This document shows, piece after piece, positions 40,446 to 48,803 of a stretch of DNA of 64,000 nucleotides. Position 1 is the first letter of the stretch, and every line of letters begins with the position of its first letter. Source of the DNA: Candidatus Paceibacter sp. (lineage in GTDB: Bacteria; Patescibacteriota; Patescibacteriia; DYGC01); NCBI GenBank assembly GCA_020724925.1, contig DYGC01000001.1, forward strand, positions 5,228 to 69,227. The letters are read 5' to 3'. Under the pieces are notes generated by a model, which saw only the letters and a list, made by a program, of their open reading frames with translations, made no database searches and had not been told where the DNA came from. Position numbers and translations under genes: made by a program.

Positions 40446-41411
40446 TTAAACCATTAAGACAAACAATTCTAATAAAAATCGATTTAAATCGGCTTGTGAG
40501 GAGGTTTTGAATTTTTCATCCCAGTGACTGATTTGTCGGTAAATGTTTTTCAGTTTATCAAGGGAGAAGTTTTTGCTTTGTTCACTAATTCGTGTGATTA
40601 AAAAAGGGTGCAGTTTTATTTTTTGAGAGATGTCGGCTTTGCTCTTGTTGTCCAGTAATAGTTGTTTTATTTGAATCAATAGACGAAAATGGCGAATTAG
40701 TAAGTTCCAGATGGCCGGCAATTCTTTCCCTTTGTTGATTTCATATTCTAAAAGCTGGTAGCCATCTTTAAAATTTTTTTCAATTACCTTATCAATTAAT
40801 TGAAAAATACAATCTTGATAATAACTATTTGTTAAAAAATTAACATCTTCCAAGTTGATGCGCTCGTTGTTTTTGTAAGCAATTAGTTTTTCTAACTCGT
40901 TACTTAATTGCCACAAATTTGGCCCGATGCCAGCGGCCAAAGCTTTAATCGCCTCTTCGGCAATGAGGGCGTTTTTGTCTTTGACAAAGTTTTTAATCCA
41001 TTTGTTTAATTCAAATCCTTCAATTTCTGGAAAAGTAAAAATTTCTTTATTGGCTTGAAGGTTTGCTAATAATTTTTTATGGAGAGTTTTTTTGCGGTTG
41101 AGATCTTTGGCTGTTTCGTAAAAAATAATGATATTATCCAAGCCCTTTAGTTTTTCTAAAAAATCCTCCAGGTTTTTTTCAAAATTTTTCTGTTCCAAAA
41201 TATTTTCAATGATAATCAATCTTTTTGGTGCTAAAAATGGGGCACTGAAAAACAAGCCGTGGACTTCCCCCCAGTTTTTTGAGTTTTCATTGAGGTCAAG
41301 GTGATCAATATTTATCGATGATGGGTCAAATCGTTCTTTAAAAGAAGCCTTCAGCCGATTGAGGTATTGGCGTGATCGATAAGTATCATTTCCGTATATT
41401 AAAATTAGCAT
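40446..41411 (-). CDS. holA: DNA polymerase III delta subunit
   Basis: LIYGND, APFLAPKRLIII, NELEKL, IFQLID, KLHPF. Confidence 0.92.
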   Translation of the reverse strand: MLILIYGNDTYRSRQYLNRLKASFKERFDPSSINIDHLDLNENSKNWGEVHGLFFSAPFLAPKRLIIIENILEQKNFEKNLEDFLEKLKGLDNIIIFYETAKDLNRKKTLHKKLLANLQANKEIFTFPEIEGFELNKWIKNFVKDKNALIAEEAIKALAAGIGPNLWQLSNELEKLIAYKNNERINLEDVNFLTNSYYQDCIFQLIDKVIEKNFKDGYQLLEYEINKGKELPAIWNLLIRHFRLLIQIKQLLLDNKSKADISQKIKLHPFLITRISEQSKNFSLDKLKNIYRQISHWDEKFKTSSQADLNRFLLELFVLMV

Positions 41412-41475
41412 TTTAGAAAAATCCTGTTTATGTTTTATGATTCAAGTTTAGCAATTTTTAAGGTTTTCGCAACCA

Positions 41476-44220
41476 TTAATGCATCTCACCCCAACGTTCA
41501 TTGATTTCTACATGCACAATTAGCGGCACCGCCAATTTATAAACATTTTCCATGATTTCTTGGATTTTTTTGCCATATTCTTCCGCATTTTCTTGGGGGG
41601 CACTAAACACCAATTCGTCGTGTACTTGCAGGAGCAGGCGTAAATCCGGATTATCATTAAGTAATTCTTCTTTGATTTTAATCATGGCGATTTTCATCAA
41701 ATCGGCGGCCGTCCCCTGAATTGGTGTGTTGATGGCGGTTCGTTCGGCCGCCTTACGCACCACTTGGACGGAGGCGTTGATGTCAGGAATGTAGCGGCGA
41801 CGTCCAAATAAAGTTTCTACGTAGCCGTTTTCCTGGGCAAAGCGAATCAAGCGATCAAAGTAAGCGGGAATGGCGGTGTAAAGTTTGAAATATTTATCAA
41901 TAAAATCTTGGGCTTCGCCACGGGAAATATTTATTTGATTGGCTAAACCAAAAGCGCTCAAACCGTAAATCACTCCGAAGTTGATGGCTTTGGCTTTGTT
42001 ACGAAGTTCTTTGCTGACTTTTTCCAACGGTAAGTTGTGGATTTTCGCGGCGGTGCTGGCGTGAATGTCTTCGCCGTGTTTGAAGGCCTTAATCATTTCT
42101 TCGTCCTCAGCCAGCGACGCGATGATCCTTAGTTCAATTTGTGAATAGTCAGCACTGATTAGAGTTTCACCTTTTTCAGCCATGAAACCTTTACGAATGG
42201 CGCGCCCGCTTTCTTCTTTGATGGGAATATTTTGCAGGTTCGGGTTGCTGGATGACAATCGTCCGGTGCGCGTAATTGTTTGGTTAAAAGAAGTGTGAAT
42301 TTTACCATCGGTTTTGACCAGTTGCGGTAAAGATTTGATATAGGTTGATAACAATTTATCCAAATGACGGTGTTGTAAAATTAAATCAATGATTTCATGT
42401 TCGCCTTTCAGTTTTTCCAGTTCGCCGGCGGCGGTGGATTGTCCGGTTTTGGTTTTCTTGATGTTTTCGGTGGAGATTTCCAATTTATCAAAAATAATTT
42501 TTTTGATTTGTTGCGGTGAATTGATGTTAAATTCTTCTCCGGCCAATTCAAAAATTTGTTTATCCACGATGGCCAATTCTTTGCTGAATTTTTCCTCCAA
42601 ATCGGCGAAGTAGGGGAGGTCAATTTTAATACCTTCTTGTTCCATTTGTGCCAAAATCGGTACCAAAGGCATTTCGATTTTATCAAATAATGGTAAAAGT
42701 TGACGCTCCGCCAACATTCCTTCAAAAACTCCCCATAGCTGCCAAGCGTTGTCGGCATCGGCGCAGGCATAGTCACGCAATTTTTCCGGTGCTAAATTTT
42801 TCATCAAGGTTGGTAAATCACTTTTGCCATCCCAGCCGCTCATTTCCATAAAACTGACAGTTTTTGTTTTCAATTCGGAAAAGGCCAAATGATCCAAGTC
42901 GTGGTGGCGTTGGTCTGGATTTAATAAATAGGAAGCGATCATTGTATCGACGAGCGTTCCTTTGATTTCAATACCGTATTTTTTCATGATTTTCCAATCA
43001 AATTTCCAGTTATGCGCGATTTTGACAGTTTTGGGATTTTCTAAAATTGGTTTTATTATTTCTATAAAATCGTTTTGTTTTTCATGGTTGAGGTAAATGA
43101 ACACCCCCTGATTTTTTTGCCAGGAAAAACTGCAACCAATGATTTCCGCTTCGACGTCATCTAATCCGGTGGTTTCGGTGTCAAAAGCGAAAGCAGATTT
43201 TTCTTTTAATTCACCCAAGAATTTTTTTAATTCATCTGGTGATTGAATCATTTGATAGTCTTTTTCTTCGGCCGTGAGTTTTTCCTGTGTAACCGTTTGT
43301 TGACCACGCAAAAATGGTGGCACCTTATCGGGCATGGTGTAAAATTCATATTCTTGGCAAATTTCATTGACCACTGCCATGTCAAACGGTTTTAAAATGG
43401 CATCGTGCAATTTGAAATCAATCGGCACGTCAACAATCAAGCGCGCCAGTTTTTGGCATTTAAAAGCCAGCTCTTTGTTATCAACCAATAATTTGATAAT
43501 GCGATCGGTAAATTTCAGTTCTTTCTTTTCTTTCAGTTTTTCCGGTTCTGATTCTAAGATTTGGTATAAGTTTTCCAAACTGTGAAATTCTTTAATTAAA
43601 TTGATGGCGGTCTTGTCGCCCACGCCCGGCACCCCCGGAATGTTGTCAGGGGCGTCTCCCTTGAGCGCTTTGTAATCCACGATTTGTTCCGGTGTTAAAC
43701 CATCATATTTGGCTTGCACCGCTTGGCGATCAAAAAGCGTAAAATTACCAACCCCGATTTTCGGCATGTAAACAAAAGAGTTTTCATCCACCAATTGCAG
43801 TAAATCATTATCGCTGCTCACCACGTAGACATCGACATCCTTATATTTTTTGTTGGTATCCTTATTAATGGTGCCGATAACATCATCGGCTTCAAAACCT
43901 TCTTTGACATAAATTGGAATGCCTAGTTTTTCCAAGGCTTCCAGTAAAAGTGGGATTTGTTCGTAAAAGCCGGCTTCTTGACGGACGCGTTGTGCTTTGT
44001 ATTCGGCAAAGTCGGCGGTGCGGGTTTCTGATTTGCTGACATCAAATGACGTGGCCAAATATTCCGGTTGCAAGTCTTTTAAAATTTTGAAAAGGATGGA
44101 AAAATAGCCGAAGATGGCATTCACGACCAGGCCTTTTTTCGTGGTGAGTGGTGGCAAAGCGTGCCACGCGCGGTGCAGTAAAGAATGTCCGTCAATAATC
44201 ACCAGTTTCTTTTTTTTCAT
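41476..44220 (-). CDS. polA: DNA polymerase I
   Basis: IIDGHSLLHRA 5' nuclease; FDTETT 3'-5' exo; DYSQIELR, KAINFGVIYG, LQVHDEL. Confidence 0.99.
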   Translation of the reverse strand: MKKKKLVIIDGHSLLHRAWHALPPLTTKKGLVVNAIFGYFSILFKILKDLQPEYLATSFDVSKSETRTADFAEYKAQRVRQEAGFYEQIPLLLEALEKLGIPIYVKEGFEADDVIGTINKDTNKKYKDVDVYVVSSDNDLLQLVDENSFVYMPKIGVGNFTLFDRQAVQAKYDGLTPEQIVDYKALKGDAPDNIPGVPGVGDKTAINLIKEFHSLENLYQILESEPEKLKEKKELKFTDRIIKLLVDNKELAFKCQKLARLIVDVPIDFKLHDAILKPFDMAVVNEICQEYEFYTMPDKVPPFLRGQQTVTQEKLTAEEKDYQMIQSPDELKKFLGELKEKSAFAFDTETTGLDDVEAEIIGCSFSWQKNQGVFIYLNHEKQNDFIEIIKPILENPKTVKIAHNWKFDWKIMKKYGIEIKGTLVDTMIASYLLNPDQRHHDLDHLAFSELKTKTVSFMEMSGWDGKSDLPTLMKNLAPEKLRDYACADADNAWQLWGVFEGMLAERQLLPLFDKIEMPLVPILAQMEQEGIKIDLPYFADLEEKFSKELAIVDKQIFELAGEEFNINSPQQIKKIIFDKLEISTENIKKTKTGQSTAAGELEKLKGEHEIIDLILQHRHLDKLLSTYIKSLPQLVKTDGKIHTSFNQTITRTGRLSSSNPNLQNIPIKEESGRAIRKGFMAEKGETLISADYSQIELRIIASLAEDEEMIKAFKHGEDIHASTAAKIHNLPLEKVSKELRNKAKAINFGVIYGLSAFGLANQINISRGEAQDFIDKYFKLYTAIPAYFDRLIRFAQENGYVETLFGRRRYIPDINASVQVVRKAAERTAINTPIQGTAADLMKIAMIKIKEELLNDNPDLRLLLQVHDELVFSAPQENAEEYGKKIQEIMENVYKLAVPLIVHVEINERWGEMH

Positions 44221-44235
44221 ATTTATTTGCTTTAT

Positions 44236-44967
44236 TTATAAATGATATTTTAGCAAAGCGGAGATGGCGATGGCGGCGGTTTCGGTTTTCAAAATGCGTT
44301 CGCCCAGTTTGATGAATTTCGGGTTTTCTAATTTATTTAAAATTTTTAAATCATCCGGTGAAAAACCTCCTTCCGGCCCGACAAACACGTTTATCGTTTC
44401 ATTGGTGTCGAGAGTGTTTAGTAATTGTTTTAAATCGTTTGTCTCAAGATTTTCCTGAGTGTGAAAAATTAAATTCAAGCCGGATAATTTTAAATTAAAA
44501 TTTCTTAAGTCAATCGCTTCGTTTATTTTCGGTAAATAAAAGCCATGACTTTGTTCCACCGCTTCGGCACTGATTTTTAAAAGTCGCTCTGTTTTGGTTT
44601 GGTTCTTGACGGTTCTTTGTGTTATAATGGGAGAGATTTCATCAATTCCCAGTTCACTGCATTTTTCCACAATGAATTCCAATTTATCTTTTTTGGGAAT
44701 ACCGATAAATAAATTGATGTGAAATGATGAATCACTTTCATTTTCAGTTTTTTGTAAACGCAAATAAATTTCCTTTTTATCAAGATTTATTTGATTGATT
44801 TCATAAACGAATTTTTCTCGGCTATTGTTTAAAAGGGTAATTTGTTCACCGGCTTTCAATTTTAAAACTTTACTGATTTGGTGGTATTGTTCAGGATATT
44901 TGCTTTTGCTGAGAATTAAGGTTTTTGCCAAGGGTTTTTGGTCAAAAGAGAGAAAAAAGTGGTGCAT
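44236..44967 (-). CDS. rsmE: 16S rRNA m3U1498 methyltransferase RsmE
   Basis: EKCSELG, EAVEQS, VGPEGGFS, LGERILKTETA. Confidence 0.95.
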   Translation of the reverse strand: MHHFFLSFDQKPLAKTLILSKSKYPEQYHQISKVLKLKAGEQITLLNNSREKFVYEINQINLDKKEIYLRLQKTENESDSSFHINLFIGIPKKDKLEFIVEKCSELGIDEISPIITQRTVKNQTKTERLLKISAEAVEQSHGFYLPKINEAIDLRNFNLKLSGLNLIFHTQENLETNDLKQLLNTLDTNETINVFVGPEGGFSPDDLKILNKLENPKFIKLGERILKTETAAIAISALLKYHL

Positions 44968-45002
44968 ATAAAATAAAAATAAAGTTTTTCTAATTATAAC
45001 AC

Positions 45003-45809
45003 ATGAATCAAAGTCAACAAGAATTTTTAAAGATGGTGGAGCGGGGGGATAAAATCGCGATGTTGTTCGCCCCGTCTTTTATTGTGGATTTTGATTATCC
45101 GGCGATTGTTGGGATGTCCAAGTCTTTGGGGGCTGGTTTGGTCAGTGAAATTACTTACGGTTGCCACTTGGTCAATACTCATTATAATCATTACATTAAA
45201 AACCATAAAAATCAAAAGTATTTTATCAATACCACTTGTCCAACAATCGTTAATCTGATTCGCACTCAGTTTCCGGATTTGGAAAAATATCTGTTGCCGG
45301 ATATTTCCTGTGCCTTATCTTTTATTGATTTTTATAATTTACTCCATCCTGATTATAAATTGGTTTTTATTTCACCGTGCGTGGCGAAGCGCAGTTTTGA
45401 AACACCGCGTTTGCCGGAGTGGTCTTTGACTTTAACTTTTTCCGAATTGCGTGAATTATTTATTGCTAAAAATATTAAGGCCGAAGATTATCAGAATACT
45501 AATGAACAATGGGATAAATTTTCTCGTATTGATACTAAGCTTTACCCGTTGGATGGTGGCTTGAGTGCGACGGCACGGTGGCAAGAGTTTTTTCCTGATC
45601 TAAAAATTTTCATTGGTTCAGGCCTGAAGAGTTTATTGCCGATTTTTATGCAAATGAAGCAGGGGACTTATGACAAAAATTTGCTGGATGTTTGTGCTTG
45701 CGAGGGGGCGTGCGTCGGTGGTCCCTGTGTTTTCAATAAAGATTTATCTATTCAGGAAAAACGACAAAAGGTGATTGATTATTACAAGCGTTTTCTTGAT
45801 AATTCTTAA
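45003..45809 (+). CDS. Minimal [FeFe]-hydrogenase-like H-cluster domain protein
   Basis: FAPS, TTCP (P1-like), ISPCVAKR-E (P2-like), CACEGACVGGP (P3-like). Confidence 0.8.
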   Translation: MNQSQQEFLKMVERGDKIAMLFAPSFIVDFDYPAIVGMSKSLGAGLVSEITYGCHLVNTHYNHYIKNHKNQKYFINTTCPTIVNLIRTQFPDLEKYLLPDISCALSFIDFYNLLHPDYKLVFISPCVAKRSFETPRLPEWSLTLTFSELRELFIAKNIKAEDYQNTNEQWDKFSRIDTKLYPLDGGLSATARWQEFFPDLKIFIGSGLKSLLPIFMQMKQGTYDKNLLDVCACEGACVGGPCVFNKDLSIQEKRQKVIDYYKRFLDNS

Positions 45810-45923
45810 TTTTGGCAAGCCTACTTTTTTCTGGTATAATGGACTTAACGTCCATTTTTATTTTGGCAAAGATTTAGTTTAGCAAGGGACCGAGTTTTTA
45901 TATTAAAAAATAAAAATATTCCT

Positions 45924-46778
45924 ATGCCGATTGACAGGGAAGAATTGGAAAAACATTTATTGGCAGATGAAGATTTGGATGAAGAGGCACGTTTAAAACA
46001 ATACGCTGCCGCTTTACCCGATGAACCAATGGTGGTTTCCAATTTGAAATATAAAAAACGACGATGGTTCACCAAGTGGTGGGGCGTTTTAATTATTATT
46101 CTTTTCTTTTTCTTGGTGATTTTTGCTTCCATGTTTTTTTATTATTACAAGGATTTTATTAAGAAAATTGAAGCAGGCACCATCCATTTGGATGTCGCTT
46201 ATATGAATTATGATTTTGCCACGCGCTATGATTTGTTGGCGATTTCCCGTGACGTGATGGCTGATGATCCGTGGTGGGGGCACGAAAATGCTAAGGTGGT
46301 AATTGTCGAGTTCGGTGATTATTCCTGCTCGTTTTGTAAAGATTTCAACAATAAAATCATGCCACAATTGATGGATAAATATTATAACGATATCCTGTTT
46401 ATTTATCGTGATTTCCCGGTAATGTCAGGGGCGGAGGGGGCGTCTGTGCAAATTGCTAACGTTGCCAATTGTATTTACAATCATTTAAATGATCCTCGTG
46501 ATTATTGGCGTGCCGTTCATAATTATTTATTTTTGATGACTGATAATTTGGGATCAGTGCATAAAGATTTAGATGGTTATTATGATGTCGTTAAGGCGGA
46601 AAAGTGTATTAATGATAAGATGTTTTACAATGAGGTTTTGCGTGATTTGAATCAGGGGGAAGAGCTGGGCTTGCGTGGAACGCCCTCGTTTTTTATTAAT
46701 GGGCATCCGGTGGCCGGTAGCATGGAAATTGAAGAATGGTTTTATGTGATTGATAAGTTTTTAGCTGCTAATCAATAA
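45924..46778 (+). CDS. DsbA/thioredoxin-fold membrane-anchored oxidoreductase
   Basis: EFGDYSCSFC, YRDFP, GTPSFFING. Confidence 0.92.
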   Translation: MPIDREELEKHLLADEDLDEEARLKQYAAALPDEPMVVSNLKYKKRRWFTKWWGVLIIILFFFLVIFASMFFYYYKDFIKKIEAGTIHLDVAYMNYDFATRYDLLAISRDVMADDPWWGHENAKVVIVEFGDYSCSFCKDFNNKIMPQLMDKYYNDILFIYRDFPVMSGAEGASVQIANVANCIYNHLNDPRDYWRAVHNYLFLMTDNLGSVHKDLDGYYDVVKAEKCINDKMFYNEVLRDLNQGEELGLRGTPSFFINGHPVAGSMEIEEWFYVIDKFLAANQ

Positions 46779-46793
46779 ATATTTCATAATTTT

Positions 46794-47351
46794 ATGGTAG
46801 AAATTCGCATTCATGGGCGCGGGGGGCAAGGTTCGGTGACAATGGCGGAACTGTTGTCTTTGGCTGCTGAAAATTGTGATAAATATTCGCAGGCCTTTCC
46901 TCATTTTGGCGTGGAGCGTCGGGGAGCGCCGGTGATCGCTTTTATTAGAATTGATTCCAGTTTTATGCAGACCAGGGAGCAGATTTATCATCCTGATTAT
47001 GTGATTATTCAGGATGCAACTTTGGTGAAAGAAGCTGAGGTGCAAAATGGTATTAGTGATAAGACGACGGTGATTATCAATAGTACTTTAGATAATCAAT
47101 ATTGGAAAAAGTTTTTCAAGGACGGAGTGCGTGTCTATACGGTGCCGGCCACTGATTTGGCTGTCAGTATTATTGGTAAGCCGATTGTTAATACGGTGTT
47201 GATGGGGGCTTTTGCCAAGCTTTGTCCGGACTTGGATTTATCGGGGGCACGAAAGGCGGTGAAAGCATATTTGGGAGAAACCTTTTCCGTTGATTTACTG
47301 AATAAGAATTTAGAAGCAGTGTCTGCCGGTTATAATTATTTAAAAATTTAG
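46794..47351 (+). CDS. porC: Pyruvate/2-oxoacid:ferredoxin oxidoreductase gamma subunit
   Basis: IRIHGRGGQGSVT, FGVERRGAP. Confidence 0.95.
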   Translation: MVEIRIHGRGGQGSVTMAELLSLAAENCDKYSQAFPHFGVERRGAPVIAFIRIDSSFMQTREQIYHPDYVIIQDATLVKEAEVQNGISDKTTVIINSTLDNQYWKKFFKDGVRVYTVPATDLAVSIIGKPIVNTVLMGAFAKLCPDLDLSGARKAVKAYLGETFSVDLLNKNLEAVSAGYNYLKI

Positions 47352-47355
47352 TGAT

Positions 47356-47628
47356 ATGAAAAATAAAATCAGCGTAGCTGCCGGAACCAGTAAAAATAAT
47401 AAAACCGGGGCGTGGCGTAGCTATCGGCCGGAAATTGATTTTGAAAAATGTACTGGTTGTGGAATTTGTGAATCAGTTTGTCCTGAACCGTGTATTAGTA
47501 ATAGTCATAAAATAAATAAAATGGGTAAAGAGGTGAGACAAATTGATTATGATTATTGCAAGGGGTGCGGTTTGTGTGCGGCCGAGTGTCCGTTTAAGGC
47601 GATTAGTATGAAGATTGAAAAAAAATAA
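47356..47628 (+). CDS. porD: Pyruvate/2-oxoacid:ferredoxin oxidoreductase delta subunit (2x[4Fe-4S])
   Basis: KTGAWR, CTGCGICESVCP, YCKGCGLCAAECP. Confidence 0.95.
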   Translation: MKNKISVAAGTSKNNKTGAWRSYRPEIDFEKCTGCGICESVCPEPCISNSHKINKMGKEVRQIDYDYCKGCGLCAAECPFKAISMKIEKK

Positions 47629-47645
47629 ATTAAATACAAATTTAT

Positions 47646-48797
47646 ATGGCAAAAGTGATGGAAGGATCGCGCGCGGTGGCGGAGTTGGTGCGTTTGTGTG
47701 AACCGGGCGTGGTTAGTGCTTATCCGATTACCCCGCAAACTCATATTGTGGAATATTTGGCAAAATTTAAGGCTGATGGCTTAGCTACTTATGAATATGT
47801 GCGTGCTGAAAGCGAGTTCACGGCAGCGTCCGTGGTGCTTGGTGCATCAGCCAGTGGCGTTCGTGTGTATAGTGCCACCAGTTCCCAGGGTTTATTATTG
47901 ATGACCGAAGTTTTGTTTAATATTGCCGGCATGCGTTTGCCAGTGGTGATGACTTGTGCCAATCGTTCCGTGAGCGCCCCGATTAATATTTGGAATGATC
48001 AACAGGATGCTTTAACTATTCGTGATTCCGGTTGGTTAATGTTTTATGGTGAGACCGTTCAGGAAGTTTTGGATTTGCATTTGTTGGCTTATAAAGTAGC
48101 AGAGCAATTGAGTTTGCCGGTGATGGTTAATATGGATGGTTTTATTTTAACTCATACTTTTGAACCGGTTGATATTCCTGGTAAGAAAATGATTAAACAA
48201 TATTTGCCAAATTATAAACCGGTTTTGGGGGAAGTTTTAGATCCTAAATTGCCAAAATCATTTGGTTGTTTTGTTGGCCCGAAATATTACTTTGAAATCA
48301 GAAAAGAATTATTTGATAATGTTGTTTCCAGTTTAAAAGTGATTCAGAAGGAAGTACTTAATTTTAAAAAAATATTTAAACGTGATTTGTCTCCGGTGGA
48401 ATATTTTGGTGATAAGCAAGCCAAATTGGTTTTTGTGACAATGGGGTCGGTGGCCGGAACAGTTAAGGATTTTATTGAGAAACACAACAAAAAAAGTAAA
48501 GATAAATTAGGTTTGTTGAAGCTTCGTTGTTTTAGACCTTTCCCGACCGAAGAGATTTTTAAGATTTTAGGTAAAGCTAAGAAGGTGGCAGTCCTTGATA
48601 AATCAGTATCAATGGGGGCGGAGGGGGTTTTGTCCGGTGAAATGAAGCGAGCTTTTTATGGCCGCAAGACTTGTCCGTTAATTAAAAATTATATTCTTGG
48701 TTTGGGCGGACGAGATATTACCAGCGGAATCTTGGGGGACATTTTTGAAGATTTGAAAAAGAGTAGTCAGTCAGAGATTATTTTTAAAGGTAAATAA
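47646..48797 (+). CDS. porA: Pyruvate/2-oxoacid:ferredoxin oxidoreductase alpha subunit
   Basis: AYPITPQT, ESE, ATSSQGL, DGFILTH, GLGGRD. Confidence 0.96.
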   Translation: MAKVMEGSRAVAELVRLCEPGVVSAYPITPQTHIVEYLAKFKADGLATYEYVRAESEFTAASVVLGASASGVRVYSATSSQGLLLMTEVLFNIAGMRLPVVMTCANRSVSAPINIWNDQQDALTIRDSGWLMFYGETVQEVLDLHLLAYKVAEQLSLPVMVNMDGFILTHTFEPVDIPGKKMIKQYLPNYKPVLGEVLDPKLPKSFGCFVGPKYYFEIRKELFDNVVSSLKVIQKEVLNFKKIFKRDLSPVEYFGDKQAKLVFVTMGSVAGTVKDFIEKHNKKSKDKLGLLKLRCFRPFPTEEIFKILGKAKKVAVLDKSVSMGAEGVLSGEMKRAFYGRKTCPLIKNYILGLGGRDITSGILGDIFEDLKKSSQSEIIFKGK

Positions 48798-48803
48798 GTA
48801 TAT

